Positions 38,924 to 49,653 are shown, numbered from the stretch's first letter. The stretch: DNA of 64,000 nt from Candidatus Shapirobacteria bacterium (GCA_041661765.1 JBAZTV010000001.1:231983-295982), one strand, 5' to 3'. Made by a program: numbers and translations. The notes: generated by a model from the letters alone, not told the origin.

Positions 38924-40552
38924 TTAAATTATTTTTACAATTTTAGATTTTTCTAAAACTGGTGTTTCATCACAAGTTAATTTTTTTAAAAAATCTGCCA
39001 ATTCGGCTGTCGCCACGCAAACATATGAATCAGCCCCGCCGTAATAAACAAATAATGTTTCATTAATAATCACCGCCCCGCACGGAAAAACTATACCAGC
39101 TTTAAAACCATTATTTTCATAATCTTCAGTTGGGCTTAAGATAGGTAATTTTGTTCGATATAAAACTTTTGTTGGGTCATCTAAGTCCAACAACATTGCT
39201 CCAATTAAATAAGGGTTATAAGCGTCAGGTTTTTCAACATAATCATAAGGAGTGCCATAATAAATCAAAAGCCAACCCTCTTTTGTTTTTATTGGCGGAG
39301 CCCCAGTTCCTATTTTTCCGCCATCCCACATATTTGGTCGAGTTTTTATTCTATATTGTCCTTTAAGCCAAGTACTGCCATCAAAAGCCAGACTATCAAC
39401 GAAATCAATTAAGATATCGGGAAAAATACGATGCATTATTACATATTTGCCATTTATTTTTTCCGGAAAAACAGCCGGTCCTTTATCCACCACTCCTGGT
39501 GGTGATATCAACACTGGTTTTTCCCAAAGCCATCGTCGATTTAAGAAATCATTTAGTGCAATTGAAGTTAATGCCACTCTTGGCAGATCTGATCCATTAA
39601 AAGCCACATAAGTCATATAAATTTTATTGTCAATCAAAGTAATTCTCGGATCTTCCACTCCGCCGTACCCTCCACCTGAAACATATTTCAAATTTAATTC
39701 ACTAAATTTTTTATCACCCCGCCACTCAAATGATTCATTTGGCTCATAAATCGGCCGATTATATCTCTTATCAATTACAAAACCATTTTTACTGGTGGCG
39801 TATCCTACTACTGAAACATAATCATAACCCTGTGCTCTGTATAAAATATGAACCTTACCTCCAGCGTAAACAGCTGCTGGGTTAAAAGTGTTAAATGCTT
39901 CCCATCTATTTTTACTTCGCGGTTTAATTATTGGATTCGTTTGTATTTTATCCAGAGTTAAATGAACACTCTCTTTCACTTTGTTTTCTCTTAATTTAAA
40001 ACTTGGGTAAATCACCGCCTGAATTTGTTTGTTACCAACACACCAGTAACCAATAATATCTCCTTCAATCATTACCAATCCAATAAATACAACTTCCTTT
40101 CCCACCCACGAACTTGATGATTCCCACAATGGTACCGCACATCGCCAAATTATCTTTTTTGCACTATTTGTTGATAACAATGCTATTCCCACCCGACATT
40201 CATTTTCCTGGTTACAACTATGATAAACAATTAATTTTCCTCGTCCAGTTTTAACAACCCCTTCAATTTCAATTTTCCCGTTATCAAAAAAATCAGGCCT
40301 TGGTTGTATTATCTCAGTAAATTTTTCATATTTATTTATTTTTTGATAATTAGCACTTATTTTTTTGGTCAATTCAAAGTTAAACCCATCATTGCTTTTA
40401 GCTACCCTAAACTCTTTACCTTTATCCGTCGATGATCGAAATATCAAAAAAAATGATTTTCCAATTTGTTTTATCCCCAGACCACTAATCATCTTTTTCT
40501 TTGTTATTTTTGGTTGTCCAAATTTTTCTATTATTTTTTTTATTAAATCCAT
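38924..40552 (-). CDS. GH130-like glycosidase/phosphorylase with divergent N-terminal domain
   Basis: FNPAA, EDPRIT, VFPCG, YYGGAD. Confidence 0.85.
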   Translation of the reverse strand: MDLIKKIIEKFGQPKITKKKMISGLGIKQIGKSFFLIFRSSTDKGKEFRVAKSNDGFNFELTKKISANYQKINKYEKFTEIIQPRPDFFDNGKIEIEGVVKTGRGKLIVYHSCNQENECRVGIALLSTNSAKKIIWRCAVPLWESSSSWVGKEVVFIGLVMIEGDIIGYWCVGNKQIQAVIYPSFKLRENKVKESVHLTLDKIQTNPIIKPRSKNRWEAFNTFNPAAVYAGGKVHILYRAQGYDYVSVVGYATSKNGFVIDKRYNRPIYEPNESFEWRGDKKFSELNLKYVSGGGYGGVEDPRITLIDNKIYMTYVAFNGSDLPRVALTSIALNDFLNRRWLWEKPVLISPPGVVDKGPAVFPEKINGKYVIMHRIFPDILIDFVDSLAFDGSTWLKGQYRIKTRPNMWDGGKIGTGAPPIKTKEGWLLIYYGTPYDYVEKPDAYNPYLIGAMLLDLDDPTKVLYRTKLPILSPTEDYENNGFKAGIVFPCGAVIINETLFVYYGGADSYVCVATAELADFLKKLTCDETPVLEKSKIVKII

Positions 40553-40687
40553 TATTCAAATATCAAAAATACAATTCACTTATATTAAAAACAAAAAAAC
40601 ATCTGCAACCACTTTTATTGAATCAATTGTTTAATATTATTTAATAATATTGTTATTAAATTAAAAAATAATTAAATTAAATTAAAC

Positions 40688-40804
40688 ATGCCTTTGTTAT
40701 CCGGGTTAAATAATGCTCAGGTAACTCTAAATCAAAAAAAATTTGGTTCCAATGAGTTAGTTAAAAAAAAGAGGGTTCCACTGATTATTATTAAAAATAT
40801 CTAA
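40688..40804 (+). pseudogene. Remnant of a P-type ATPase N-terminus
   Basis: 38-aa ORF MPLLSGLNNAQVTLNQKKFGSNELVKKK, similar to the GLSKNEAVELQKKYGKNIL start of the ATPase at 21355. Confidence 0.6.
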
Positions 40805-40928
40805 ATTTAATTTAACAATTTAGTATTAAATTTAACTCCTATATGGTTATTTTAGGTCTTGAACTTATTGGCATTAGAATATTATTCGCAGATAAAATTA
40901 AATCAATATTAAAATCTAAAAAATATAA

Positions 40929-41153
40929 TTAATTTATTTTTACTTCAAAAATTTTATTTTTTGATTTAACCCCACGGAGTAAAAATATTTCATTTTTTTT
41001 GATTTTAAAAAAATCAGCCAAAATTTCAATAACAGCCTCATTAGCCTTTCCTTCTAATGGTGGTGTATTCACATAAACATGTAGCATCTCCATTAAATCT
41101 TTTTCAATTCGTGTCTTTTTAGAATTAGGATGAACCACCACTGTCACTTTCAT
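40929..41153 (-). CDS. DUF167/YggU-family protein
   Basis: VHPNSK...PPLEGKANEA...G.KSKNK. Confidence 0.9.
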   Translation of the reverse strand: MKVTVVVHPNSKKTRIEKDLMEMLHVYVNTPPLEGKANEAVIEILADFFKIKKNEIFLLRGVKSKNKIFEVKIN

Positions 41154-41171
41154 AATTTATTTCCAACGAAA

Positions 41172-41594
41172 TTATTTTTTATCCTTAATTTCCACTATTT
41201 CTTTATGTAAAATAATTAATCTCGCTTCAATATCTTTAATCATCTTAATTATTTCATCATCATCAATATCATCCTCTTCATTTAACTCTTCCACATCTTC
41301 TTGGATATCATCAACATCTATTTGGATTTCATCTATATCTTTTTCAACACTAGCCAAGCTTTCGGTTGTTCGATTAACACTCATTTGAATAAAAATAGAC
41401 AGATAAATTGCTTCCAATGATACTATTGTCGTTAAGATCAATAAAATTTTATCCATATCGAAACCCACAAATTTTAATGAAAAAATTCCCACAAATAAAA
41501 AAGTGTGAATCACAATCGACAAAGGCGTTCCTATATAACGAGTTAATTTTTCAGAAATTTCCTCTAATCTTTTCATTATTAAATGATAACTCAT
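41172..41594 (-). CDS. DUF1003 membrane protein
   Basis: LTTIVSLEAIYLSIFIQMSVNR with acidic coiled tail. Confidence 0.8.
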   Translation of the reverse strand: MSYHLIMKRLEEISEKLTRYIGTPLSIVIHTFLFVGIFSLKFVGFDMDKILLILTTIVSLEAIYLSIFIQMSVNRTTESLASVEKDIDEIQIDVDDIQEDVEELNEEDDIDDDEIIKMIKDIEARLIILHKEIVEIKDKK

Positions 41595-41602
41595 TAAAAC
41601 AA

Positions 41603-41629
41603 AAATGGGGTGCTTTTAGCACCCCATTT
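41603..41629 (-). terminator. Intrinsic terminator of the RRM gene
   Basis: aaatggggtgct/agcaccccattt stem followed by a T run on the minus strand. Confidence 0.8.
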
Positions 41630-41649
41630 AGATTATCTAAAAAAAGAGA

Positions 41650-41988
41650 TTAGTATCTACTACCACCACTTCTTCCACCGCCAAATCCACCGCGGTCACT
41701 TCCACCTCGAGAGAAATTATCTCTTCGTGGGGGTCGATCTTCCATTGGTCTGGCTTCGTTAACTTTAACGCTTCGGCCATCCAATTCTTTATCGTTCCAC
41801 ATGTCGATAGCAGCTTGAGCTTCTTCGTCACTGTTCATTTCCACAAATCCAAAACCTTTGGATCTACCTGAAAATTTATCTTTAATAACTACAGCTGAAA
41901 CAACAGTTCCAGCTTGGGCAAAAGATGCCCCTAAGGTCTCATCGGTAGTATTGAAATTCAATCCTCCGACATACAATTTTTTGATCAT
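41650..41988 (-). CDS. RRM RNA-binding protein with Gly/Arg tail
   Basis: LYVGGL (RNP2), KGFGFVEM (RNP1). Confidence 0.95.
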   Translation of the reverse strand: MIKKLYVGGLNFNTTDETLGASFAQAGTVVSAVVIKDKFSGRSKGFGFVEMNSDEEAQAAIDMWNDKELDGRSVKVNEARPMEDRPPRRDNFSRGGSDRGGFGGGRSGGSRY

Positions 41989-42095
41989 TGTCTGAAAAAA
42001 TATAATAAACTTGTAGATTTAATCTACGAGAGTATTGTACCCAATTTATTAATTAAAAGCAAATAGACCTTTACTTTTTGTGATAATATTAACCC

Positions 42096-42569
42096 ATGAA
42101 GCCAAGAACCAAAAATAAGTTTAATGTAATCAAATTTATTTTTTGTATTTTAATCACTGAGGGTGCTGGTGTTTTGGGCAGTGTAGCTACATATTCATCA
42201 GTTAAATCATGGTATTTAACTGATCTTATTAAACCATCTTTCAATCCACCCTCTTGGCTCTTCGCTCCTGTCTGGACAACTTTATTTTTTCTTATGGGTA
42301 CGGCTCTTTATTTAGTTTGGACCAAAAAAAATAATTTATTTTGGTTTTGGATTCAACTACTTTTAAATATTCTTTGGTCTTTCTTATTTTTTGGTTTACA
42401 TTCTCCCTTATTCGCTTTTTTTGAAATCATTTTTCTTTGGTTTGCAATCCTAATCACCATTATTAAATTTTGGTCTTTTAATAAAAATGCTGGTTTTTTA
42501 TTGCTTCCATATTTAGCTTGGGTTAGTTTTGCCTCTTTTCTTAATTTTTCCATCGCCCGTCTCAATTAA
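42096..42569 (+). CDS. tspO: TspO/MBR tryptophan-rich sensory protein
   Basis: WY..L.KPSFNPPSWLFAPVWT, LPYLAWVSFA. Confidence 0.93.
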   Translation: MKPRTKNKFNVIKFIFCILITEGAGVLGSVATYSSVKSWYLTDLIKPSFNPPSWLFAPVWTTLFFLMGTALYLVWTKKNNLFWFWIQLLLNILWSFLFFGLHSPLFAFFEIIFLWFAILITIIKFWSFNKNAGFLLLPYLAWVSFASFLNFSIARLN

Positions 42570-42587
42570 GCTTTGGTACAATATCCC

Positions 42588-43718
42588 ATGTCTTTAGATC
42601 AAAAAGATTATTCCTATAATCTGCCTAAAAATTTAATTGCCAACCATCCAACCAATTATCGCGACCATTGTCGTCTTTTATCTTTGAATAAAAAAACTGG
42701 TGAAATTAATCATCTCAAATTTTTCGATCTAAAAAATATTCTCGGCCCCAATGATGTTTTAGTTCTAAACCAAAGTAAGGTTTTCCCTGCACGCCTTTTT
42801 GGTCACAAAAAATCCAGTGGTCAATTTGAAATTTTATTATTTCATCAAATTTCCGCCACTAATTGGCAGGTCATTTCCAAACCTCGCCTACTTGTTGGCC
42901 AGGAATTATTTTTTAGTCACGATTTAACCGCTCAGGTTTTAACCAGTGATAAAACCACCGGCCAAATTGAAATTAAATTTAATCAAAGCCATCAGCAATT
43001 TTGGCAAACTTTGGATAAAATTGGTCACACTCCAATTCCGCCCTACATTCACACCTCAGATTCCGAAACCGAAATTAGAAAAGAATATCAAACCGTTTAT
43101 GCCAAAGAAATCGGTTCCGCTGCCGCTCCTACTGCCGGTCTTCATTTTACTAAAAAGTTATTGGCCAATTTAAAAAATAGGGGAGTCCAAATAGAATACA
43201 TCACTCTTCATGTTGGTCTTGGTACTTTTCAAAATCTTCGTCCCGAAAATATTACTACAAAAACTCTTCATCAAGAATTTTATGAAATTACCCCAGAGAT
43301 CGCTAATCGTTTAAATATAGCCAAACAACAGGGTAAACGCATCGTTGCCGTAGGTACCACTTCCGTCCGCACCCTCGAATCCGCCGCAGTCAAAATTAAT
43401 GATAAAAATTTTAAAGATACAATTTTTTATGATATCGAACGTGGCAACACATTCGCCGAGCATAAAAAATTAGTATCGAAAAATTTAAATAATTATCAAA
43501 TAACTTCTGGCCCAAATTCCACCCAAATTTTCATTTACCCGCCTTATAAATTTAAATTTGTCGATGCTCTTATCACTAATTTTCATTTACCCGAATCTAG
43601 TCTTTTAATGCTGGTTTCCGCTTTTGCTGGTAAAAAAAATATTCTTAAAGCTTATCAAGAGGCCATCAATCAAAAATATCGTTTCTTTAGTTTTGGTGAT
43701 GCCATGTTTATTTCTTAA
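42588..43718 (+). CDS. queA: tRNA preQ1 SAM ribosyltransferase-isomerase (start likely ATG 42588)
   Basis: PIPPYI, YQTVYA, AAPTAGLHFT, LHVGLGTF, TNFHLP, YRFFSFGDAM. Confidence 0.97.
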   Translation: MSLDQKDYSYNLPKNLIANHPTNYRDHCRLLSLNKKTGEINHLKFFDLKNILGPNDVLVLNQSKVFPARLFGHKKSSGQFEILLFHQISATNWQVISKPRLLVGQELFFSHDLTAQVLTSDKTTGQIEIKFNQSHQQFWQTLDKIGHTPIPPYIHTSDSETEIRKEYQTVYAKEIGSAAAPTAGLHFTKKLLANLKNRGVQIEYITLHVGLGTFQNLRPENITTKTLHQEFYEITPEIANRLNIAKQQGKRIVAVGTTSVRTLESAAVKINDKNFKDTIFYDIERGNTFAEHKKLVSKNLNNYQITSGPNSTQIFIYPPYKFKFVDALITNFHLPESSLLMLVSAFAGKKNILKAYQEAINQKYRFFSFGDAMFIS

Positions 43719-43745
43719 TTTTTTTTTGATATATTAATTACAGAC

Positions 43746-44099
43746 ATGAAAAAAAAAGAAGTGGAGGAGATTAAATCTCTTGAAGAAAAAGGGACTAATC
43801 CATTCAAAGGTTTTATCGAATTTATTCGTTCCCAGGGTGTTGTTGGTTTAGCTGTTGGTTTCATCATGGGTGGGTCAATAACTAAATTAATTACTGCTTT
43901 TGTTAACGATATCATTAACCCAATTGTCGGTATTTTTATCGGTGCCGCAGACCTTCAAGGTTCCTACATTCAAGTTGCTAATGCCAAAATTATGTGGGGC
44001 AGTTTTATAAGTAGTACCATCGATTTTATAATTATGGCATTTATTATCTATTTCAGTGTTCAAATTTTGGGTATCAATAAAATTGATAAGAAAAAGTAG
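43746..44099 (+). CDS. mscL: Large-conductance mechanosensitive channel
   Basis: FIEFI..GVVGLAVGFIMG...VNDIINP. Confidence 0.88.
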   Translation: MKKKEVEEIKSLEEKGTNPFKGFIEFIRSQGVVGLAVGFIMGGSITKLITAFVNDIINPIVGIFIGAADLQGSYIQVANAKIMWGSFISSTIDFIIMAFIIYFSVQILGINKIDKKK

Positions 44100-44652
44100 G
44101 ATTTTCTCCTAAGTTAAATCTTCTCATATCCATCCATTCACCATTATTGTATTTTTTTCTGACCAATATTTCTGAAATATTAATCCTCATTAATTTTATC
44201 TCTCCCTCAAATATTTTTTGCACCTCATCCAATCTGTTTAATGGAACTTCTTTTAATAACGTTACATGCGGAATATAATCATGATTATTTTGTTTTCTTA
44301 AATTAGTTGATTTAATAATTTCATGAATCCCATAATGCAAATCAACAATTGCTTCTTTTTCATCTAAATCTGTCGTCGTTAAATATATTAATCCAGTTGT
44401 TCGGTTTTTAAAGCAATCAATTTTATCCAATGTAAATTCAAATGGATTTTGCATTGACAACCATTCATTTAAATCGACCCTTATCGCTTCTCTTGAGCAA
44501 TACAAAGATGGTTCAACTGTTAAATGAAAATCATATCCAACTTCTTCGCCTATTTTAAATATTTTATTAACTCTTTTCGTCACACACCTCAAGTATTCAT
44601 TTTCTTTTTTCGGTAACTCTACTTCTATAAAGTATAAGTTTTCTTTATTCAT
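44074..44652 (-). CDS. 2H phosphoesterase (2'-5' RNA ligase family)
   Basis: HLTV and PHVTL motifs. Confidence 0.8.
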   Translation of the reverse strand: MNKENLYFIEVELPKKENEYLRCVTKRVNKIFKIGEEVGYDFHLTVEPSLYCSREAIRVDLNEWLSMQNPFEFTLDKIDCFKNRTTGLIYLTTTDLDEKEAIVDLHYGIHEIIKSTNLRKQNNHDYIPHVTLLKEVPLNRLDEVQKIFEGEIKLMRINISEILVRKKYNNGEWMDMRRFNLGENPTFSYQFY

Positions 44653-44661
44653 GTATTACAT

Positions 44662-46341
44662 TTATTTTTTCATCGCTTCCATAAATGCCAAAAATATTGG
44701 ATGCGGTGTTAGAGGTCTTGCAATATATTCTGGATGAAATTGAGTCGCCATAAAAAATGGATGATTAGCTAATTCAATTGCTTCTACTAATTTTCCATCT
44801 GGTGATGTTCCAGAAATTATTAATCCGGATTTTTCTAATTGTTCTCTATATTCAGCATTAACTTCATACCTATGTCTATGTCTTTCAAAAATAATTTTTT
44901 CTTTTTCTTCAAAATGCAACTTCATTTGATTTTCAATATTCCATGGAGCATCTTCATCTTTTCCAAACTTTTCATAAGCATTAAATAACTTTGTATTTGG
45001 AGTCAATTTACATGGCCATGCACCCAAACGAATAGTTCCGCCATACTGTTTCTTTTTCAAATATTCTTCTTGGTCTGGCATGGTGTGAATCACTGGATAT
45101 TTAGTTTTTTTATCAACCTCTACTGAATTTGCGCCTTTTAATCCAACTACATCACGAGCAAATTCAATCACTGCCATTTGCATTCCAAAACACAATCCTA
45201 AAAATGGGATTTTACCTTCTCTAGCATTTTTAATTGCCATAATTTTTCCCTCAACTCCGCGACTACCCCAACCCTGTGGCACCACCACACCATCAAATCC
45301 ATCCAGCTTCATGTTATTTTTTTCCAATTCTCCACTATCAATCCACGATAACTCTGGAATAACTCCAACTGTCCAAGCCGCTTGTTTTATTGCTTCAATT
45401 ACTGAAATATAAGAATCAGTCAATTTATAATCACCAGTGGCAAAATATTTTCCTACCATGGCAATCTTTACAGGTTTTTTAGCCGTTTTCTTACATTCTA
45501 CAAATTTATTCCATTTTTTTAAGTCGCCAGTTTCTGATTTTATTTTTAATCCCAGTTTTTTCAAAATCTTTTCATCGAATTTTTGTTTTTTAAAATGTTC
45601 TGGTAGGACATAAACACTTTCCACATCTGGGTTGCTAATTATATTTTCTTCATTTAAATTACAAAAAACTGCCAATTTTTCTTTTCTCTTTTCATCAATT
45701 TCTTTTTCGCTTCTAGCCACCAAGAAATCTGGTTGTATTCCCATCGCATTTAATAAATGAGTCGATTGTTGGGCTGGCTTACTTTTAAGTTCGCCAATGT
45801 TTTTTAAAAATGGCAGATAGGTTACATGAATTTGAATTACATCTTTTGGTTGTTTTAATCTTAAAATCCTACTTGCCTCAAAAAATAAGCTATTTTGATA
45901 TTCACCAACAGTTCCGCCTAATTCAATAATAACAACATCGGCTTTATTTGATTTTCCTGCTTTTTTAATTCGCTCGATAATTTCATCTGTCACATGAGGA
46001 ATTGCTTCCACATCTTCACCATCATAACCAAATGCTCTTTCCCGATCAATCACTGCTTTGTAAACTTGTCCGGTGGTAATATAATTTGACCTATCCAGCG
46101 ACACTCCCACAAATCTTTCATAATTCCCCAAATCCTGATCAGTTTCCATCCCATCTTTTGTTACAAACACTTCGCCGTGTTCTTGTGGCCTAATCGTTCC
46201 AGCATCAATATTTAAATACATATCAATTTTAATATTAGTGACTTTATATTCTCTATTTTTTAAAATTAATCCAATTGTAGCGGCCGTAATTCCTTTACCT
46301 AAACCGCTAACCACTCCGCCAGATATAAAAATATATTTCAT
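44662..46341 (-). CDS. pyrG: CTP synthase
   Basis: GGVVSGLGKG, GLCFGMQ, RHRHRYE, QFHPE. Confidence 0.98.
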   Translation of the reverse strand: MKYIFISGGVVSGLGKGITAATIGLILKNREYKVTNIKIDMYLNIDAGTIRPQEHGEVFVTKDGMETDQDLGNYERFVGVSLDRSNYITTGQVYKAVIDRERAFGYDGEDVEAIPHVTDEIIERIKKAGKSNKADVVIIELGGTVGEYQNSLFFEASRILRLKQPKDVIQIHVTYLPFLKNIGELKSKPAQQSTHLLNAMGIQPDFLVARSEKEIDEKRKEKLAVFCNLNEENIISNPDVESVYVLPEHFKKQKFDEKILKKLGLKIKSETGDLKKWNKFVECKKTAKKPVKIAMVGKYFATGDYKLTDSYISVIEAIKQAAWTVGVIPELSWIDSGELEKNNMKLDGFDGVVVPQGWGSRGVEGKIMAIKNAREGKIPFLGLCFGMQMAVIEFARDVVGLKGANSVEVDKKTKYPVIHTMPDQEEYLKKKQYGGTIRLGAWPCKLTPNTKLFNAYEKFGKDEDAPWNIENQMKLHFEEKEKIIFERHRHRYEVNAEYREQLEKSGLIISGTSPDGKLVEAIELANHPFFMATQFHPEYIARPLTPHPIFLAFMEAMKK

Positions 46342-46421
46342 GATCTCATTATAAATATGTATGTTTTAAATTAAAGACATTTCTTTATTTACAATTTAGT
46401 GGTTTAATAAAAATATCACCC

Positions 46422-47735
46422 CTATTTTTTCCATTTTTCCAACTCCATCTCTCTGAAATTTTTTTGCTCCACCATTTTATACCCAAAATTAGTCAATATT
46501 TTTGCGTGATCCACTCCATGAATTAATTCTCCGTAAGGAATCACTTCGATTTCATCATCTGAGATCGGACCTCTGATATCTGAAATCTGAATATTGGGGT
46601 CATAAAATTTAATAGGATCACTAAACGATGAAATCATATACACCTGAGATCTATCATCTGAGATATGACCAACTACTGACTTCCAATCTTCCCGATAATA
46701 ATTAGGATTCAACAGATACATCAAACTGAAAATTAAAAATCCTCCACCTGTCAATATTTTTTGCCAATTTTTATCGCAATTAATTGCCAACACTAAAGCC
46801 ATAATCGGCACTAAATATAAAAATCTAAAATATTGTAAAAGAGGTGATTTAATCGAAAATAAAATTCCCAAAATAATTGGCATTACCAAAAATATTTTTA
46901 ACCAATTACTTTCTTTTTTGTTCTTCAAAACTAATCCCAAAATAATCAGACTCCAGATTCCACCAATCAAATAATACCAAACCTTAGGATAAAAACTAAT
47001 TCTTCCTATACCAAATTTTATTGGAATTAATAATAAATTTTTTAAATTTACTTTCCCTAAAACCAACATCCAATTAGTCACTTGCACCAGCATTATTTGC
47101 GAATTTTTAACTTGAATCAAAAGTAGGGGGGTCAACATAATTATTGCTAATCCAGTGCCGATGTTCGTTAGCCAAAATAATTTCCATTCTTTTTTTATTA
47201 AAAAATAAGTAGTAAAACTAGCAATCAAAAAAATCGATCCATAAAATGTTCCAAAAGCCAATCCCATCATCAAATTAAAAATAACCAAATCCCTAATATT
47301 ATATTTTTTATTTTTAATTTTTATAAAATAATAAAGTCCAATCATTAACCACATCGTCGCCATCGAGTACATTCGAAGTTCTTGTGAATAATAAATAAAA
47401 AGCGGATTAAGAGTCAAAAATAGGGCCGCTAAAATTCCAATTTTTTTATTTTTAATTTTCTTACCAATTAAATAAACAAAATAAATTGTAATTAAAGAAA
47501 ACAAAACAGAACTCAATCGTAATGCAATCACATTGCTCCCAAAAAATTTTGTCCATAAATTCAAAAACCAATAAAAAATCGGAGGATGAAAATCTCCTAC
47601 TGAAAAATTTTTTAAAATTTCTCCAATTGGCATTTTTGCCACATTGGCCGAAATTGCCTCATCAAGCCATAACGATTGACCGATTCCAATTAACCTAAAT
47701 CCAAAGGCTAAAATTAAAATAACTATTATTTCCAT
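46422..47735 (-). CDS. GT39/PMT-like membrane glycosyltransferase
   Basis: SLWLDEA, HPP, YSQELRMY. Confidence 0.85.
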   Translation of the reverse strand: MEIIVILILAFGFRLIGIGQSLWLDEAISANVAKMPIGEILKNFSVGDFHPPIFYWFLNLWTKFFGSNVIALRLSSVLFSLITIYFVYLIGKKIKNKKIGILAALFLTLNPLFIYYSQELRMYSMATMWLMIGLYYFIKIKNKKYNIRDLVIFNLMMGLAFGTFYGSIFLIASFTTYFLIKKEWKLFWLTNIGTGLAIIMLTPLLLIQVKNSQIMLVQVTNWMLVLGKVNLKNLLLIPIKFGIGRISFYPKVWYYLIGGIWSLIILGLVLKNKKESNWLKIFLVMPIILGILFSIKSPLLQYFRFLYLVPIMALVLAINCDKNWQKILTGGGFLIFSLMYLLNPNYYREDWKSVVGHISDDRSQVYMISSFSDPIKFYDPNIQISDIRGPISDDEIEVIPYGELIHGVDHAKILTNFGYKMVEQKNFREMELEKWKK

Positions 47736-47790
47736 TTAAAATTAATTATAAACCAAATCATTTTTTTTAATTTTACTGTAAACTGAATTA

Positions 47791-48462
47791 ATGAAACGAG
47801 TTATTTGTATTACTGGTGGCGCCAATGGTCTTGGTCGCGAACTGGTTGCTTTTTTTTCCCATCAAGCCCAAGTAATTATTTTTGACATTGACCCCAAACT
47901 TACAGAAATTGTTGCTCAAAAATTTGACTGCGATTTTCAAATTTGTGATGTCTCTGATTTTAAATCAGTTTCTGTCTCCATTAAAAAAATTTTTAAAAAA
48001 TACCATCGAATTGATTGTTTCATTAATTGTGCCGGCATTTTTGTCGACGGCGAAATAGAATCCAATAATTCTGACTTAATAAAAAAAGTTTTTGAAGTTA
48101 ATAGTCTTGGCCCAATTTTTACCACCCAAATTCTAACCCCAATTTTGAAAAAGCAAAAATCTGGCACTATTATTAATATCAATTCTACTGCCGGTCTTCA
48201 CCCAAAAGCCTTTAATTCTGTCTATCATTCTTCCAAGTGGGCTCTAACTGGTTTTTCTGAATCAATTCAATTAGAATTAGCCAGTTTTGGTATTAAAATT
48301 GTGGACATTCATCCTGGTGTTATGAAAACTAAATTTACTAATGAATCAAGCAATGAATTATCAAACGCTCTTGAGCCTCATCAAGTTGTTAAAGCCATCG
48401 ATTTTATTCTATCACTAGATAAAGATACTATAATTCCCGAATTGACCATAAAGCATCTCTAG
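47791..48462 (+). CDS. Short-chain dehydrogenase/reductase
   Basis: TGGANGLG, NCAG, YHSSK. Confidence 0.92.
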   Translation: MKRVICITGGANGLGRELVAFFSHQAQVIIFDIDPKLTEIVAQKFDCDFQICDVSDFKSVSVSIKKIFKKYHRIDCFINCAGIFVDGEIESNNSDLIKKVFEVNSLGPIFTTQILTPILKKQKSGTIININSTAGLHPKAFNSVYHSSKWALTGFSESIQLELASFGIKIVDIHPGVMKTKFTNESSNELSNALEPHQVVKAIDFILSLDKDTIIPELTIKHL

Positions 48463-48495
48463 TTTATACTGAGATATTAACCAAACAAAACCCGA

Positions 48496-49653
48496 ATGCT
48501 TTCTCAACCACTAGCCTCACTACTTCGCCCTAAAAATTTAGCCGATTTTGTCGGCCAAACTCATTTAGTTGGTCCACAAAAACCACTCCGTCTTGCCATA
48601 GATAACCATCAAGTTTTTTCTATGATTTTTTGGGGACCTCCTGGAGTTGGTAAAACCACTCTTGCTCGAATTTTAGCTGGACAAGCACAAGCGATTATTC
48701 ACGAGTTATCAGCCGTTTCTGCCAGCAAAGATGATATCAAAAAAATTATTGCATCAAGTCGCCCCATGGAGAAAACTATTCTTTTTCTCGACGAAATTCA
48801 TCGTTTCAACAAAGCCCAACAAGATTTTTTACTTCCCTCTGTCGAATCCGGCGTTTTAACTTTAATTGGTGCTACTACTGAAAATCCCAGTTTTGAAGTC
48901 ATTTCTCCATTGCTTTCTCGGTGTCGGGTTTTTACCTTAAAAGAATTAACCGATGATGAAATTGGTGAAATTATTATTCGTGCTTCCGTCAAACTCGAAA
49001 CTAAAATCAGTAAAGATGCAAAAGAATGGCTTACTCAAATGGCCAATGGCGATGCTCGTCAATGTCTCACTATGATCGATAACGCCTTCACTCTTTATGG
49101 TAATTTAAAAATCGAAAGTCTCAAACAATCTCTTCAAAATTCTTTTCTTCGTTTCGATAAAAAAGGGGAAGATCACTATAATACAATCTCCGCATTCATA
49201 AAAAGCATGCGCGCTAGCAATATTGATGCCTCTCTATATTATCTTGCCCGCATGATTGATGCTGGCGAAGACCCAAAATTTATCGCCCGTCGCATGGTTG
49301 TTTTTGCCAGTGAAGACATTGGTATTGCCAATTCTTCGGCATTAATGTTAGCTAACCAAGTTTTTAGAAGTGTTGAAACTATTGGTTATCCCGAGTGTCG
49401 TGAGAACCTTGCCCATGGTGTGGTGTATCTCGCCAAATCGCCCAAAGATCGCTCGGCCTATGAAGCCTATTTAAGTGCTCTTAAAGATGTTCAAACTTTC
49501 GGTAATCTTCCAATACCGCTTAATCTCCGCAACCCTGAGACTAAATTAATGGAAGAAATCGGCTATGGCAAAGGCTATGAAAAATACACTAAAGAATCTT
49601 TATTACCCGACAAAATCAAAGACAAAAAATATTTTGTAGAAAAGAAAAAATAA
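48496..49653 (+). CDS. rarA: Replication-associated recombination protein A (MgsA)
   Basis: [36 protein letters not shown]. Confidence 0.96.
   Translation: MLSQPLASLLRPKNLADFVGQTHLVGPQKPLRLAIDNHQVFSMIFWGPPGVGKTTLARILAGQAQAIIHELSAVSASKDDIKKIIASSRPMEKTILFLDEIHRFNKAQQDFLLPSVESGVLTLIGATTENPSFEVISPLLSRCRVFTLKELTDDEIGEIIIRASVKLETKISKDAKEWLTQMANGDARQCLTMIDNAFTLYGNLKIESLKQSLQNSFLRFDKKGEDHYNTISAFIKSMRASNIDASLYYLARMIDAGEDPKFIARRMVVFASEDIGIANSSALMLANQVFRSVETIGYPECRENLAHGVVYLAKSPKDRSAYEAYLSALKDVQTFGNLPIPLNLRNPETKLMEEIGYGKGYEKYTKESLLPDKIKDKKYFVEKKK

Noticed and set aside
44895-44975. Apparent ~20-aa insertion in PyrG before RHRHRYE
   Set aside because: No dyad symmetry or repeat seen in the DNA, and too short for an intein; probably a variable loop
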